A stretch of DNA of 64,000 bases from Candidatus Moraniibacteriota bacterium (GTDB taxonomy: Bacteria > Patescibacteriota > Minisyncoccia > Moranbacterales > UBA1568). The notes beneath the pieces were generated by a model. It was not told the DNA's origin. It searched no databases and saw nothing but the letters and a program-made list of their open reading frames with translations. The stretch lies in NCBI GenBank assembly GCA_030648835.1, contig JAUSGT010000002.1, positions 565,458 to 629,457 on the forward strand, read 5' to 3'. The translations under genes were made by a program, and so were the position numbers. Numbering within the stretch: position 1 is the stretch's first letter; each line of letters starts with the position of its first letter. This document shows positions 1 through 9,849 of the stretch, in pieces.

Positions 1-21
1 GAATGTATTGGGCAAGAAAAC

Positions 22-981
22 GTGAGCATAGTCTCTCTTCCGGTTGCCAATCGTTTTGTTTGGAATATTTTTGTTTTACCGAAATACCTTTTTCGAAATA
101 AAATTGATATTTTCCATACCCAGTATATTTTGCCGCTCTTTTCACCAAAGTGGACCAAAATGGTTACTCATATTCATGATGTTTCTTTCCGTCGTTATCC
201 CGAACTTATCGGTTGGCTTGACCGTCTCTTTCTTATGTTGCTTATTCCGCGTTCGCTTGCAAGGGCAACACTGATTGTCACTCCATCGCAATTTACCAAA
301 CAAGAAATCATCAAATATTACGCCGTACATGAGGAAAAAATAACGGTAGTCCAAAACGCGCTCGGGGAGAACTTTTTCAAAGATGCCGCAGAAGATACAG
401 AAAAAGATCGGGTTGTCAGAGAAAAATATCACCTTCCGGAAGACTTCATTATTGCTGCTGGGACGCTTCAACCGCGCAAAAACATCCCTTTGCTTGTGAG
501 CGCGTTTGCCTCTTTGCGAAAGCGTCTGCCCAAGATGAACCTTGTTTTGGTCGGCAATCGCCATGCTCATCACGCTGACAGTCAAATCGACAGGACTATC
601 GCGAGAGAGAACCTCGGGGAAACCGTCATCTTCCCGGGATTCGTCAAAGAATCGGATTTGCCTACGGTGATACGTTTGGCTCAAGTTTTTGTCCTGCCGT
701 CGCTTTACGAGGGCTTTGGCATCCCGCTTTTGGAAGCCATGAGCCAGCGTGTGCCGGTTGTCGCTTCCGATATTCCCGGTTTGCGGGAGGTCGGAGGTGA
801 AGCGGTAGCATATTTTGATCCCAAGAGCATTGTCAGTTGCGAGGAAAGAGTGTATACTCTTTGTACTCAAGAGGAAGAGAGAATGGCCTTAATCAAACAC
901 GGGGAAGAACGCGTGCGTTTATTTTCGTGGCAAAAGAGCGCTCATCTTCTGCTTAATGCGTATAATAAAATTTTACAATAA
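22..981 (+). CDS. Glycosyltransferase family 1 (GT4-type); N-terminus may continue upstream of window
   Basis: C-terminal GT1 signature EGFGIPLLEAMSQRVPVVASDIPGLREVGG in the translated ORF. The ORF starts 21 nt into the window. Confidence 0.7.
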   Translation: MSIVSLPVANRFVWNIFVLPKYLFRNKIDIFHTQYILPLFSPKWTKMVTHIHDVSFRRYPELIGWLDRLFLMLLIPRSLARATLIVTPSQFTKQEIIKYYAVHEEKITVVQNALGENFFKDAAEDTEKDRVVREKYHLPEDFIIAAGTLQPRKNIPLLVSAFASLRKRLPKMNLVLVGNRHAHHADSQIDRTIARENLGETVIFPGFVKESDLPTVIRLAQVFVLPSLYEGFGIPLLEAMSQRVPVVASDIPGLREVGGEAVAYFDPKSIVSCEERVYTLCTQEEERMALIKHGEERVRLFSWQKSAHLLLNAYNKILQ

Positions 982-984
982 ATT

Positions 985-2193
985 ATGACATCGGATACTT
1001 CTCGTGCATTTGGAGAAACTGTTGTCCCCAAAAAAAGGCGTTGGTTGCGGGTTACGCTTTTTGTTATCATTCTTCTGGCGCTGGCCGGAGGAGTATTCGC
1101 GTGGAAGACGGGCTACATTTTGAATAAAATTTCTCAGGGCAACGCGAACATTTTCAGAAGTATCATAAAGTCTTTGCCGGGTGTGGAGAAAAAACTTGCC
1201 GGCGAAAACAGCGGGCGTATCAATATCCTTCTGCTCGGTATGCGCGGAGAGAATGTGGTCGGCGGCGGGTTGCTGGCCGATACCATCATGGTACTTTCTA
1301 TCCACCCAAAACAGAATGAAGAGGATTCGACACGGGCGTCGCTCATATCCATTCCGCGTGATTTTTATGTGAAGGTGCCAGGTCGCGATGAACAACGAAA
1401 GATCAATGCCGTCTATGCTCTCGGTGAAGAACGCTCTCACGGTGGCGGAGGAATGGAGGATATGCAGAAGATTGTAGGGGAGATAACCGGTCTCACTATC
1501 CCGTACGCGATAACCCTTAATTTTCAGGGGTTCAAAGATCTGGTGAATGCCGTCGGCGGAGTAGTGGTGCATCTCGATCAACCGTTTGAGGAAGGTATGC
1601 AATTTCGAGGATTGGAAAAGCGTTGTGACGGAGTGCGTTTTACCGTTTTTTCGGGGAACTATGAGGAAAAGAGAATCCAGAGAAAAAATGGAACATACTA
1701 TGCCAACCTGAAACGCTACCCGCTTTGTTTTGAAAAAATGACCGCGCAAGCCGTGAAAGAACTTGAGTGTGGCGGAGATTTCAAGTTACCGGCTGGAGAT
1801 AATACTCTCGATGGAGACAAGGCACTCTGCTACGCGCGTGCCCGCTATACAACCAGTGATTTTGATCGTGCCAGACGTCAGCAAGAAGTGATAAAACTCA
1901 TCAAGGCGAAGGCGATGAGCGCCGGAACATTGACGGACTTTTCCAAAGTGAATGCCATTCTCGATACTCTTGGAAATAATGTCAGTACCAATATGGAAGC
2001 TTGGGAAATGAAACTTTTGTTTGATTTGTACCAAAAAATCGGCGACGTACAGATAAACCAAAAAGTTTTGGAAGATTCTGAAGAAGGTCTTCTCTATACT
2101 CCTCCGCAAACCAAAGAAACCGGCTACATACTCTTGCCGCGCGGCGATACGTATGAACGTATTCAGGAACTTTTCAGGAATTCCCTCAACTAA
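985..2193 (+). CDS. LytR-CpsA-Psr (LCP) family cell-envelope phosphotransferase
   Basis: N-terminal TM helix followed by an LCP core (INILLLGMRGE...ADTIMVLSIHP...SIPRDFYV). Confidence 0.75.
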   Translation: MTSDTSRAFGETVVPKKRRWLRVTLFVIILLALAGGVFAWKTGYILNKISQGNANIFRSIIKSLPGVEKKLAGENSGRINILLLGMRGENVVGGGLLADTIMVLSIHPKQNEEDSTRASLISIPRDFYVKVPGRDEQRKINAVYALGEERSHGGGGMEDMQKIVGEITGLTIPYAITLNFQGFKDLVNAVGGVVVHLDQPFEEGMQFRGLEKRCDGVRFTVFSGNYEEKRIQRKNGTYYANLKRYPLCFEKMTAQAVKELECGGDFKLPAGDNTLDGDKALCYARARYTTSDFDRARRQQEVIKLIKAKAMSAGTLTDFSKVNAILDTLGNNVSTNMEAWEMKLLFDLYQKIGDVQINQKVLEDSEEGLLYTPPQTKETGYILLPRGDTYERIQELFRNSLN

Positions 2194-2211
2194 AAAACCG
2201 CATTTTTCAAG

Positions 2212-3045
2212 TTGATTTACATGGAAACAAAAGAACTCACCATTGCTATCAACGGATACAGGAGTCCGGAGTTACTCCGACTTTGCCTGCAGTCCATTTT
2301 TGAACATATGCAAGATTCCGGAATCAGGTACGAAGTATTGGTAACCGATAGCGCCACGAAGGAGGATACGGAAACACTGATGCGGGAAGAATTTCCGCAG
2401 GTTCGTTTTTTTCCTTTTACGAAAAATGTCGGATTCAAAACACTTGTCAACACCTCCCTCAAAGAAGCGCGCGGCGCTTTTATTTTTCTCATCAACAGCG
2501 ATATCATCCTCACCAAAGAAGCCATTCCGCAGATGCTCAATTACCTTAATAAACATCCGGATATAGGATTGCTCGCTCCCAAACAACTGAATTTCAACGG
2601 AACACTGCAACACAGCTGTTATCGTTTCTATCGTCCACAAACGATTCTCTATCGCCGTACATGGTTTTCCAAATTTCCTTTTGCCAAAAAACACCTGCGT
2701 TGGTTTATGATGGATGATTATGATCGAAAAGAACCAAAAGCTGTCGATTGGGTGATCGGCTCGGCGATGTTTACTTCTCAAAAAGCCGTGCAGGCCGTCG
2801 GTTTCATGGATGATCGATTCTTTATGTATATGGAAGATGTCGATTGGTGTCGTCGTTTCTGGGAAAACGGTTACAGAGTAGTCTACTATCCGAGCGCCTT
2901 CGTCTATCATTATCACGCCAAGGGAAGTGCCAAGGGTGGTTTCTTCGGGTCCCTTCTCTTTAATCGGTTGACCTGGTATCATATTGGAAGTGCTTTCCAA
3001 TATTTTTGGAAGTATCGCAACAAATCATTACCCACTGTACGTTAG
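2212..3045 (+). CDS. Glycosyltransferase family 2
   Basis: GT2-A fold motifs: VLVTDSATKED, DSDI, DWCRRFWENGYRVVYYP. Confidence 0.7.
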   Translation: MIYMETKELTIAINGYRSPELLRLCLQSIFEHMQDSGIRYEVLVTDSATKEDTETLMREEFPQVRFFPFTKNVGFKTLVNTSLKEARGAFIFLINSDIILTKEAIPQMLNYLNKHPDIGLLAPKQLNFNGTLQHSCYRFYRPQTILYRRTWFSKFPFAKKHLRWFMMDDYDRKEPKAVDWVIGSAMFTSQKAVQAVGFMDDRFFMYMEDVDWCRRFWENGYRVVYYPSAFVYHYHAKGSAKGGFFGSLLFNRLTWYHIGSAFQYFWKYRNKSLPTVR

Positions 3046-3046
3046 C

Positions 3047-4363
3047 ATGGAAAATTTATCACCCACACCGTCCGAACAAAATAACGAAAGCGAAGAACTC
3101 GTACTTGCCTCCGAATATGAGCGCGGCTATAGGCTTTTTAAGAAAGCCTTTGCGTTTTTCTTTGTGCTTTTTTTGATTGGCGCGGCATTTTGGTCCGGGT
3201 ATGAACAGGGGAAACGTTTCTCTCCTATCAGTGACAGCGGGGTAGAAAATACGCTTTCTCCGGATGAAGCAATTTTTCTCAACAAAACAAACCAGGACAA
3301 AACTATCGACTTTTCGCTTTTCTGGAAGGTCTGGGGATTGCTGAAAAGCAAGTATGTCGATAACCAAAAGCTTGATGCTCACGCGCTGTTTTACGGAGCT
3401 ATCAAAGGAATGTTGGCCGCTACCGGTGATCCGTACACCACATTCTTCGATCCGAAAGAGAATGCCGCGTTTCAAGAAGATATTTCAGGAACATTTGAAG
3501 GCATCGGCGCCGAAATGGGCGTTCAGAATGAAGTGTTGACGGTTATCGCTCCTCTGGAAGGGACACCTGCCGAAAAGGCGGGTCTTTTGGCGGGAGACAA
3601 AATTATAAAGATTGATGACCAGGCGACCAGCAGTATGTCCCTCGATGAGGCGGTCGGTAAGATCCGTGGAGCAAAAGGAAGCGAAGTGAAACTCACTCTT
3701 TTCCACAACGGTGACGAAGAATCTAGCGATATTGTCGTCAAGCGGGATGTCATCTTGGTGAAGAGTGTCCGTTTCGAGATGAAAGAAAACACTATCGCTT
3801 ATATCCGTATCAGCCGTTTTGGTGACGATACAAACAAGGAGTTTCAGGAAGCGGTGAAACAAACTGTCGATAAAAAAGCAAAAGGTCTGATCATCGATAT
3901 GCGCAATGATCCGGGGGGATTCCTCGAAACGGCTGTCGATATCGCGAGCGTTATGCTCCCTTCCGGCAAGGTGGTTGTGATGGAAGAAAACGGTGCCGGG
4001 GAGCGCAAAGAAATCAAATCCAGAGGGGGTGATGTCTTGAGCCAGATTCCAACCGTTGTTCTCATCAATGAAGGAAGCGCGAGCGCATCCGAAATTCTTG
4101 CCGGGGCGCTGAAGGACAATCGTGACAACGTAACACTTGTCGGTAAGAAATCTTTTGGGAAGGGATCGGTGCAGGAACTTACTTCTGTGAGCAAAGATAC
4201 CGCTGTCAAGATCACTGTGGCGCGCTGGCTCACACCTGCCGGGAACCAGATCAATACGGTCGGTATCGCTCCGGACATCGAGGTGAATATAACCCGGGAG
4301 GATATCGACAACAAACGTGACCCGCAGCTCGATAAAGCTTTGGAAATTCTTAAAGGGAAGTGA
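3047..4363 (+). CDS. Carboxy-terminal processing peptidase (S41) with PDZ domain
   Basis: PDZ segment (GIGAEMG...PAEKAGLLAGDKIIKIDD) and S41 core (IIDMRNDPGGFLETAVD, GSASASEILAGAL). Start moved to the ATG at 3047 to avoid overlap with the GT2 gene. Confidence 0.8.
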   Translation: MENLSPTPSEQNNESEELVLASEYERGYRLFKKAFAFFFVLFLIGAAFWSGYEQGKRFSPISDSGVENTLSPDEAIFLNKTNQDKTIDFSLFWKVWGLLKSKYVDNQKLDAHALFYGAIKGMLAATGDPYTTFFDPKENAAFQEDISGTFEGIGAEMGVQNEVLTVIAPLEGTPAEKAGLLAGDKIIKIDDQATSSMSLDEAVGKIRGAKGSEVKLTLFHNGDEESSDIVVKRDVILVKSVRFEMKENTIAYIRISRFGDDTNKEFQEAVKQTVDKKAKGLIIDMRNDPGGFLETAVDIASVMLPSGKVVVMEENGAGERKEIKSRGGDVLSQIPTVVLINEGSASASEILAGALKDNRDNVTLVGKKSFGKGSVQELTSVSKDTAVKITVARWLTPAGNQINTVGIAPDIEVNITREDIDNKRDPQLDKALEILKGK

Positions 4364-4374
4364 GGAGAATAGGG

Positions 4375-4403
4375 TTGACCACATTGCCGATTTTTTCTAT
4401 AAT
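4375..4403 (+). promoter_or_regulatory. Sigma70-type promoter upstream of groES
   Basis: TTGACC at 4375-4380, 17-nt spacer, TATAAT at 4398-4403. SD-like AGGAAAC precedes the ATG at 4438. No CIRCE seen. Confidence 0.5.
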
Positions 4404-4437
4404 GGAGAATACTCATAATCACTTAATAGGAAACAAT

Positions 4438-4713
4438 ATGAAAAAAACGAACGTCAAACCGCTCGGAGAAAATGTGCTCATTCATCCGGAAAAGCCGGAG
4501 CAGAAAACAGCAGCCGGCATCTATCTGCCCGATACTGCGAGTCAAGAACATTCTCAGCTTGGTACAGTGGTAGCGACAGGGGAAAGCGATAAAATAAAAG
4601 TCAAAAAAGGCCAAAAAGTCATTTTCAGGCGCTATGGAGGCGAAGAGGTTAAGATAGATGGGGAAGAATACTTGATTGCCAACTATAAAGATATTCTTGC
4701 CATAATTGGCTAA
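4438..4713 (+). CDS. groES: Co-chaperonin GroES (Hsp10)
   Basis: 91-aa product MKKTNVKPLGENVLIHPEKPEQKTAAGIYLPDTA...GGEEVKIDGEEYLI is canonical GroES. No groEL follows. Confidence 0.85.
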   Translation: MKKTNVKPLGENVLIHPEKPEQKTAAGIYLPDTASQEHSQLGTVVATGESDKIKVKKGQKVIFRRYGGEEVKIDGEEYLIANYKDILAIIG

Positions 4714-4735
4714 CTGTTTGAAAAGTAAACAAAAG

Positions 4736-4762
4736 CATTCTCCACATCGAGAATGTTTTTTT
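4736..4762. terminator. Bidirectional rho-independent terminator between groES and rhodanese gene
   Basis: Stem CATTCTC/GAGAATG with loop CACATC, flanked by an A-run and a T-run. Confidence 0.55.
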
Positions 4763-4779
4763 GTGGGTTTTTTGCCAGT

Positions 4780-5601
4780 CTACGGTTGAAAAGAAAGTCC
4801 TGACAGAGTGGAGAGGTATTTGCCACCGGTGAGAGTGCGCGCGGAAAAAACACCAAGATCGGAAAGACGGACACCACCCTGAAAAGAGGCGAGATCGTTT
4901 TCGCCGTAAACGACAATCTGACGCCCGCTGGGGATTTCACCGACGCGCTTTTCCAACTGATCGAGAGGAATATTCACAGCCCCTTCCAGATGCCTTTTTC
5001 CGAAACCTTCTTCTGTCTGTATATCAAGAACGAAGAGGGAAAGAGTTTTTTGAGTCAGAAGATTTTTGTATTCCTCCACCGAAAGATAGGTTACTTTTGA
5101 TTGATCAACGAAGGAATTCGGATCGCCAGTCGAGACAGTGGGCGCGTTCAGCGTTTGCCAGCCTTCAAATCCGCCCTTAAGGAAAAAGTACGCGAAGGAT
5201 TTTTCGTTCATAATATTCTTAGCCGTTTCAAACACTCCCGCGTCGTCTTCGGAAAAAATAATTACCACCATCTCATCTTTGGCCGGAGAAAAGTTTTGGA
5301 GAGAGCCTATCGGTAAAGAGAGAGCATGCGCGATATGTCCCAGTCTGTAGGCTGTCTCGGGACGCACATCGATGAGCGCTACTGGGTCGCCATTTTGGAT
5401 TTTTTTTAAGAGAATATCCGGCGCTATCAGAGGAACGTTTGTCTTAAGGGAGGAATCGGTCGATACGGAATTCGGCAACGAACCGGTGTTTTCGGAGAAA
5501 ATATTTTTGCCAACAAAATAAATACCGACAGCGACAATCAAAAGACCGCCAACAAGAAGGGTCCGTTTGTCACGCTGATTGTCTTGATATGGAGTTGGCA
5601 T
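4780..5601 (-). CDS. Membrane-anchored tandem rhodanese-domain sulfurtransferase-like protein
   Basis: N-terminal TM helix followed by two rhodanese-like modules (LIDVRPETAYRLGHIAHALSLP; VLDIQTEEGFGKRHLEGAVNIP...VVYGEND). Confidence 0.6.
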   Translation of the reverse strand: MPTPYQDNQRDKRTLLVGGLLIVAVGIYFVGKNIFSENTGSLPNSVSTDSSLKTNVPLIAPDILLKKIQNGDPVALIDVRPETAYRLGHIAHALSLPIGSLQNFSPAKDEMVVIIFSEDDAGVFETAKNIMNEKSFAYFFLKGGFEGWQTLNAPTVSTGDPNSFVDQSKVTYLSVEEYKNLLTQKTLSLFVLDIQTEEGFGKRHLEGAVNIPLDQLEKRVGEIPSGRQIVVYGENDLASFQGGVRLSDLGVFSARTLTGGKYLSTLSGLSFQP

Positions 5602-5716
5602 ACGTTGTATTTTTTACCCCGTTAGAGAATATTTCAAAGCTTACTATGAAAGAGTATAATTTTCCTATTTAGGCACAAGTTTTGCTAACATCCCGTACGA
5701 GTTTCTCTAACGGGGT

Positions 5717-6763
5717 TTACTGGAGAAAACTCCCGATGATTTCTTTGTTGCCAAGTAAAAATTCGGCGATACCCGTCTCTGTTTTCCCCTCCAGTTGAAC
5801 CGTTTCCAAAAAAATTATGCCTTCTCCTGTCTGGACGCCTACTTTTTCTCCCACTTCGAATACCTGGCCGATAAGCTGTGGTACCTGTGGCGATTGTTTT
5901 TGAAAAGAAATACGGAGCAATTTCAACCGCAGCAGTTCGGTATCTTTTTTCCAAAAAGCGAATATGCCCGGCCAAGGGTAGAGGGCGCGAAAGCGATTAT
6001 AAATAGCTTCTGCCTCGTCCGTCCACAGTATGTGACCATCCTCACGCTCGATAAGCTGACAGAGGGTAGCTTGAGTATTATCCTGGGGCAGAGGGGTGAG
6101 GGTGCGTTCTACCCAGAGTGGCACTGTTTCCAAAAGAGCATCGCGTCCTACTTCGGCGAGGCGGATGCTGAGAGATTCTTGCGTATCTTCCGGAGCGATG
6201 GGAATCTTTTTTTGAGTCAAAATATTTCCCGTATCCATACCTTCATCCATGAGCATCAGGGTGATGCCGGTTTCAGTCGCGCCGGTGAGGAGGGCATTCT
6301 GAATAGGGGAGGCTCCGCGCCACTTGGGGAGAAGAGAGGCGTGCACATTGATGCATCCGAAACCGGGAATATCTAAGATCTCTTTCGGAAGGATGCGCCC
6401 ATACGCCGCCACGATGATGAGATCCGGTTTCAGGTCTCTTATTTTTTCTACTGCCGACTGGTCAAGTTTCTCCGGTTGTTCGACGAGAAGACCATATTCC
6501 GAGGCTTTCTTTTTGACGGCGCTTTCCGTGACTTCTTGTTTGCGCCCGGTCGGCTTGTCTTTTCTGGTTACGACACCGACAATATGATATTTCTCTTCCA
6601 CTAATCCGGAAAGGACAGTCGCGGAAAATTCCGGTGTTCCCATAAACAGCACCCGGATTTTCGGGGCGTCAAAGCGAGAAGTTTCTGTTTTTTCGGAGAA
6701 TTCGGTCTCCTGTTTTGCAGGTTCTTGTTTCGGGATAAGACGAGTCAAATCAAACCAGGCCAT
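5717..6763 (-). CDS. fmt: Methionyl-tRNA formyltransferase
   Basis: RVLFMGTPEFS, INVHASLLPKWRGASPIQNAL and a C-terminal Fmt domain. Carries an approx 37-aa N-terminal extension if the ATG at 6763 is used. Confidence 0.8.
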   Translation of the reverse strand: MAWFDLTRLIPKQEPAKQETEFSEKTETSRFDAPKIRVLFMGTPEFSATVLSGLVEEKYHIVGVVTRKDKPTGRKQEVTESAVKKKASEYGLLVEQPEKLDQSAVEKIRDLKPDLIIVAAYGRILPKEILDIPGFGCINVHASLLPKWRGASPIQNALLTGATETGITLMLMDEGMDTGNILTQKKIPIAPEDTQESLSIRLAEVGRDALLETVPLWVERTLTPLPQDNTQATLCQLIEREDGHILWTDEAEAIYNRFRALYPWPGIFAFWKKDTELLRLKLLRISFQKQSPQVPQLIGQVFEVGEKVGVQTGEGIIFLETVQLEGKTETGIAEFLLGNKEIIGSFLQ

Positions 6764-6772
6764 ATTTTTCTG

Positions 6773-7246
6773 TTAAAGTTTTAGGGCTTTGTTTTTTTTC
6801 TGCTGCTTTCTGTAACGATTGACGATAATGATACCGTCAAGATGGTCTACTTCATGTTGGATGATGATTGCCAGAAGGCCTGTTGCGCGTATTTTTTTTG
6901 GCAGGCCTTTTTCGTTCTGATAACGAACAGTGATCGCGATTGATCGGATAATAGGAAAAAATTCTCCCGGAAGGCTCAAACAACCTTCTTCAAAAACTAT
7001 TTTTTCTTGCGAATATGATGTGATATCCGGATTGATGAGGAAAATCACTCTATCATCCGCTTCAGCAACCGCCAAACGAAGCGACTTGCCGATTTGCGGC
7101 GCAGCCAGGCCAATGCCTTTTTCTTTGTGCATCGTTTCTACCATTTCCGGCAGTAATGCCTGAATTTCTTTCGCCAGAGGATCCTTCACTCTCTCGGTTT
7201 TTTTGAGTAATATCTTGGTTGTGGCTCCAGTAACAAGTGTAAGCAT
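6773..7246 (-). CDS. def: Peptide deformylase
   Basis: GIGLAAPQIG, EGCLSLPG and QHEVDHLDG motifs. Confidence 0.85.
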   Translation of the reverse strand: MLTLVTGATTKILLKKTERVKDPLAKEIQALLPEMVETMHKEKGIGLAAPQIGKSLRLAVAEADDRVIFLINPDITSYSQEKIVFEEGCLSLPGEFFPIIRSIAITVRYQNEKGLPKKIRATGLLAIIIQHEVDHLDGIIIVNRYRKQQKKNKALKL

Positions 7247-7252
7247 AAATTT

Positions 7253-9235
7253 CTAAAAAAGTGACAAGGGGTCGACATCAATAACATATGTGGCGCTTGC
7301 TTTCCGTAAAAAAGCGCGCAAATCTTTTGTCAGAGGCATACCGGCCGGAATTCGTACAACGAGGGAACTTTCAAATAACTTTTTGGTAGTGATCTTTTGG
7401 ATCGGACGGAAAATGTTTACTCGGTAGCCGGAATCTTTTTTTGGAAAAAGCTCTCGGAGGGTCACTTCCAATGCCTCAGTGGCTTTCTTTACCTCTTCTT
7501 CTGTTTTTCCTTGGCAGGTGATTGAAATGAGACGAGAGAATGGGGGGTAGAAAAGTCCTTCACGTTCAGAAAGCAGCTTCTTTGAAAACGCTTCAATATC
7601 GAGAGTAGCTATCCTCTGAAAAAAAGTGCTTTCCGGGTGAAATGTCTGTATAACGAGGCGCCCCGTGTGATTTTTTCCCCGCAAAACAGCCATCCGTCCG
7701 GTAAATCTTGTAAGAATCTGAAAAAGTTTTTCATCCGCTCGAAAATCCGGGAAAGAAAGGAGGCTATCCGCGTCAATCATACCAACCAAAGCCAGTTTCG
7801 GCAAGATGTCCGCTTTGAGTATCATCTGCGTTCCGATCAGAATATCGATTTTTCCTTCGGATGCTTTTGTATACAAATCTGCCGCGCTCCCCACATTTTG
7901 CATGGTCTCTTTGTCGGCCCGAAAGACACGCGCTCGAGGAAAAAGTTTCTTTATTTCGTGTTCGACGCGTTCCGATCCGAATCCGACAGAGCGAAAAGAG
8001 AGGTTTTTGCAACTTGGGCAACTGGGGAAAGTGGTTGTTCTGTATCCGCAGGCGCCACAACGAAAGGCGCCATCTTTTCCGCTTATAAGAGTGTGTCCGG
8101 AATTGGGACATCGAAAAATATTTTTGCAGTTTTCACAGACAGAAAAAGCGCTCATTCCTTGGCGATGGATATAGAGAAGTGTTTGCTTGTTTAAAGAGAG
8201 CGCCTCTCGCAAAGCATCGACAAGCACCCCTGAAAGAGGAGAGTAATTCTTTTTGAAACGCTCCAAACGCAAGTTGACAATCTCAGGTGTCACCTTCGAC
8301 AAAGGAAGGCGTGCTAACGGTGTAAGAGGGACGTATTTTTTTTGTTCGATGTGATATCGACTTTCAACGCTCGGTGTTTCCGAAACAAGAAGCAGTTTCG
8401 CGTTATGCAGCGTGGTCAGGTTCTCCGCTACCCACTTACCTCCGTAGCGCGGACTCATATCCCATTGTTTGTAACTCTCATCTTGTTCTTCGAGCAGTGC
8501 CACCAGTCCCAAATGTCGAAAGGGAGCAAAAAGCCCTTGACGTGTGGCGAGAATGATGGTGGCTTCTCCGGAACGGATTTTTTCCCATGTTTCAAAGTAC
8601 GGACCAAGTGCAAGCTTGCTGTGGAGGAGAGCGATTTTCTCCGAAGGGAAGTACCGAGAAAAAACACTTTCCAACTCCGGAAGAAGAATAATTTCCGGAA
8701 CCAAAAAGAGTGTCTGTCGGTTTTCTCCGGTAACTTTTTTCGCAAGTCGTACGAAAAGCTGTTTGGAATTTTTGAAAACGGACGTATTGATATATCCGAT
8801 GGTGTTTTTTTTCTGCGCGCCGAAGGCCTTGAGAATACGCAACTCGTCTTTGTTTGATTGAAGTGTTTCAAATTTTTTTGGGCCGACAACTTTTTTCTTT
8901 CTCGCTTTCGTGCGCTTTGGCAGAAAATGTTTGAGCGTTTTCCCCAGCGGCGCGAAATACTCTTCGCTGACATTTTTCGCCAGTTCCAGCTGTTCGGCTG
9001 TAAGAAATTGTTTTTCGATGACTTTGGAAACCCACTTCATCCATGCCGGCACTTGGCCGGGTAGGGGAGCGCAATCAAAAACGATACCCTGCAAAGAGCG
9101 CTTTCCAAAGGATATCGCCACGAGTGACCCCAACTCAATCGGCTCGGAAGACAGGTAGCTGAAAAACGGCGAGCGCGTCAGCGGCAAAATGACCAAAGGG
9201 GCAATTTCGACTCGGTAGAGTTTCCTCATTTTCAT
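7253..9235 (-). CDS. priA: Primosomal protein N' (PriA helicase)
   Basis: DEAD/DEAH helicase core, Cys-rich zinc-binding insert (CENCKNIFRCPNSGH...CGACG), and the priA-def-fmt synteny. Confidence 0.8.
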   Translation of the reverse strand: MKMRKLYRVEIAPLVILPLTRSPFFSYLSSEPIELGSLVAISFGKRSLQGIVFDCAPLPGQVPAWMKWVSKVIEKQFLTAEQLELAKNVSEEYFAPLGKTLKHFLPKRTKARKKKVVGPKKFETLQSNKDELRILKAFGAQKKNTIGYINTSVFKNSKQLFVRLAKKVTGENRQTLFLVPEIILLPELESVFSRYFPSEKIALLHSKLALGPYFETWEKIRSGEATIILATRQGLFAPFRHLGLVALLEEQDESYKQWDMSPRYGGKWVAENLTTLHNAKLLLVSETPSVESRYHIEQKKYVPLTPLARLPLSKVTPEIVNLRLERFKKNYSPLSGVLVDALREALSLNKQTLLYIHRQGMSAFSVCENCKNIFRCPNSGHTLISGKDGAFRCGACGYRTTTFPSCPSCKNLSFRSVGFGSERVEHEIKKLFPRARVFRADKETMQNVGSAADLYTKASEGKIDILIGTQMILKADILPKLALVGMIDADSLLSFPDFRADEKLFQILTRFTGRMAVLRGKNHTGRLVIQTFHPESTFFQRIATLDIEAFSKKLLSEREGLFYPPFSRLISITCQGKTEEEVKKATEALEVTLRELFPKKDSGYRVNIFRPIQKITTKKLFESSLVVRIPAGMPLTKDLRAFLRKASATYVIDVDPLSLF

Positions 9236-9258
9236 ACGGGTAAGTATAGCATATTTTA

Positions 9259-9843
9259 TTGCTTTTTTGGCTTTATTGGGCTACTATGGCTCATATGAAC
9301 AAGACACGAAGACTTTTTGTCGGTATTCCGCTTTCAGCACCTTTGCGCAAGCGATTGACTCAGGAAATGCAGATGTGGCCGAAAGAATCCATCCTTCGCA
9401 CAGCGGAAGAAAATCTGCATGTGACGCTTTTTTTCTTGGGATTTATCCAAGAAGAACACGTGGGGGAAATATGTGCCCGAGTTGGCAAAGTCTGCAAAGA
9501 AATTGAATCCTTTGAACTGGCATTCACCGGTATGCAGCTGGTGGAGAGTGAGGAATCTCCAAAGATGATCTGGCTTGCCGGCGAAGTGAATGATGCCCTG
9601 CGAATCCTTTTGGAAAAAATAGAAAAAGCTTTTTCATCGTTCGTTACGGAAAGAAAAACCTACCGGCCTCACGTCACGCTTGCCAAAATCAAAAAATCAA
9701 AGTGGCTGAAACTGGCCGAGAAACCCCAACTGAAAGAAAAGCTCTCGGTCGTGGAATCGGTAGATACCGTAGCGGTCTTCGAAAGCCTCTCACTCGATGG
9801 CAAACGTCGCCATGAACAGATCGACACGTTCCCGTTACTGTAG
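9259..9843 (+). CDS. thpR: RNA 2',3'-cyclic phosphodiesterase (2H family, ThpR/LigT)
   Basis: Two H-x-T-x motifs (LHVTLFFLG and PHVTLAKI). True start may be the Met at 9286/9295. Confidence 0.7.
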   Translation: MLFWLYWATMAHMNKTRRLFVGIPLSAPLRKRLTQEMQMWPKESILRTAEENLHVTLFFLGFIQEEHVGEICARVGKVCKEIESFELAFTGMQLVESEESPKMIWLAGEVNDALRILLEKIEKAFSSFVTERKTYRPHVTLAKIKKSKWLKLAEKPQLKEKLSVVESVDTVAVFESLSLDGKRRHEQIDTFPLL

Positions 9844-9849
9844 ACAAGT

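Noticed and set aside
2272-3000. 242-aa minus-strand ORF
   Set aside because: Antisense to the GT2 glycosyltransferase.
3485-4384. 299-aa and 192-aa minus-strand ORFs
   Set aside because: Antisense to the S41 peptidase gene. No motifs.
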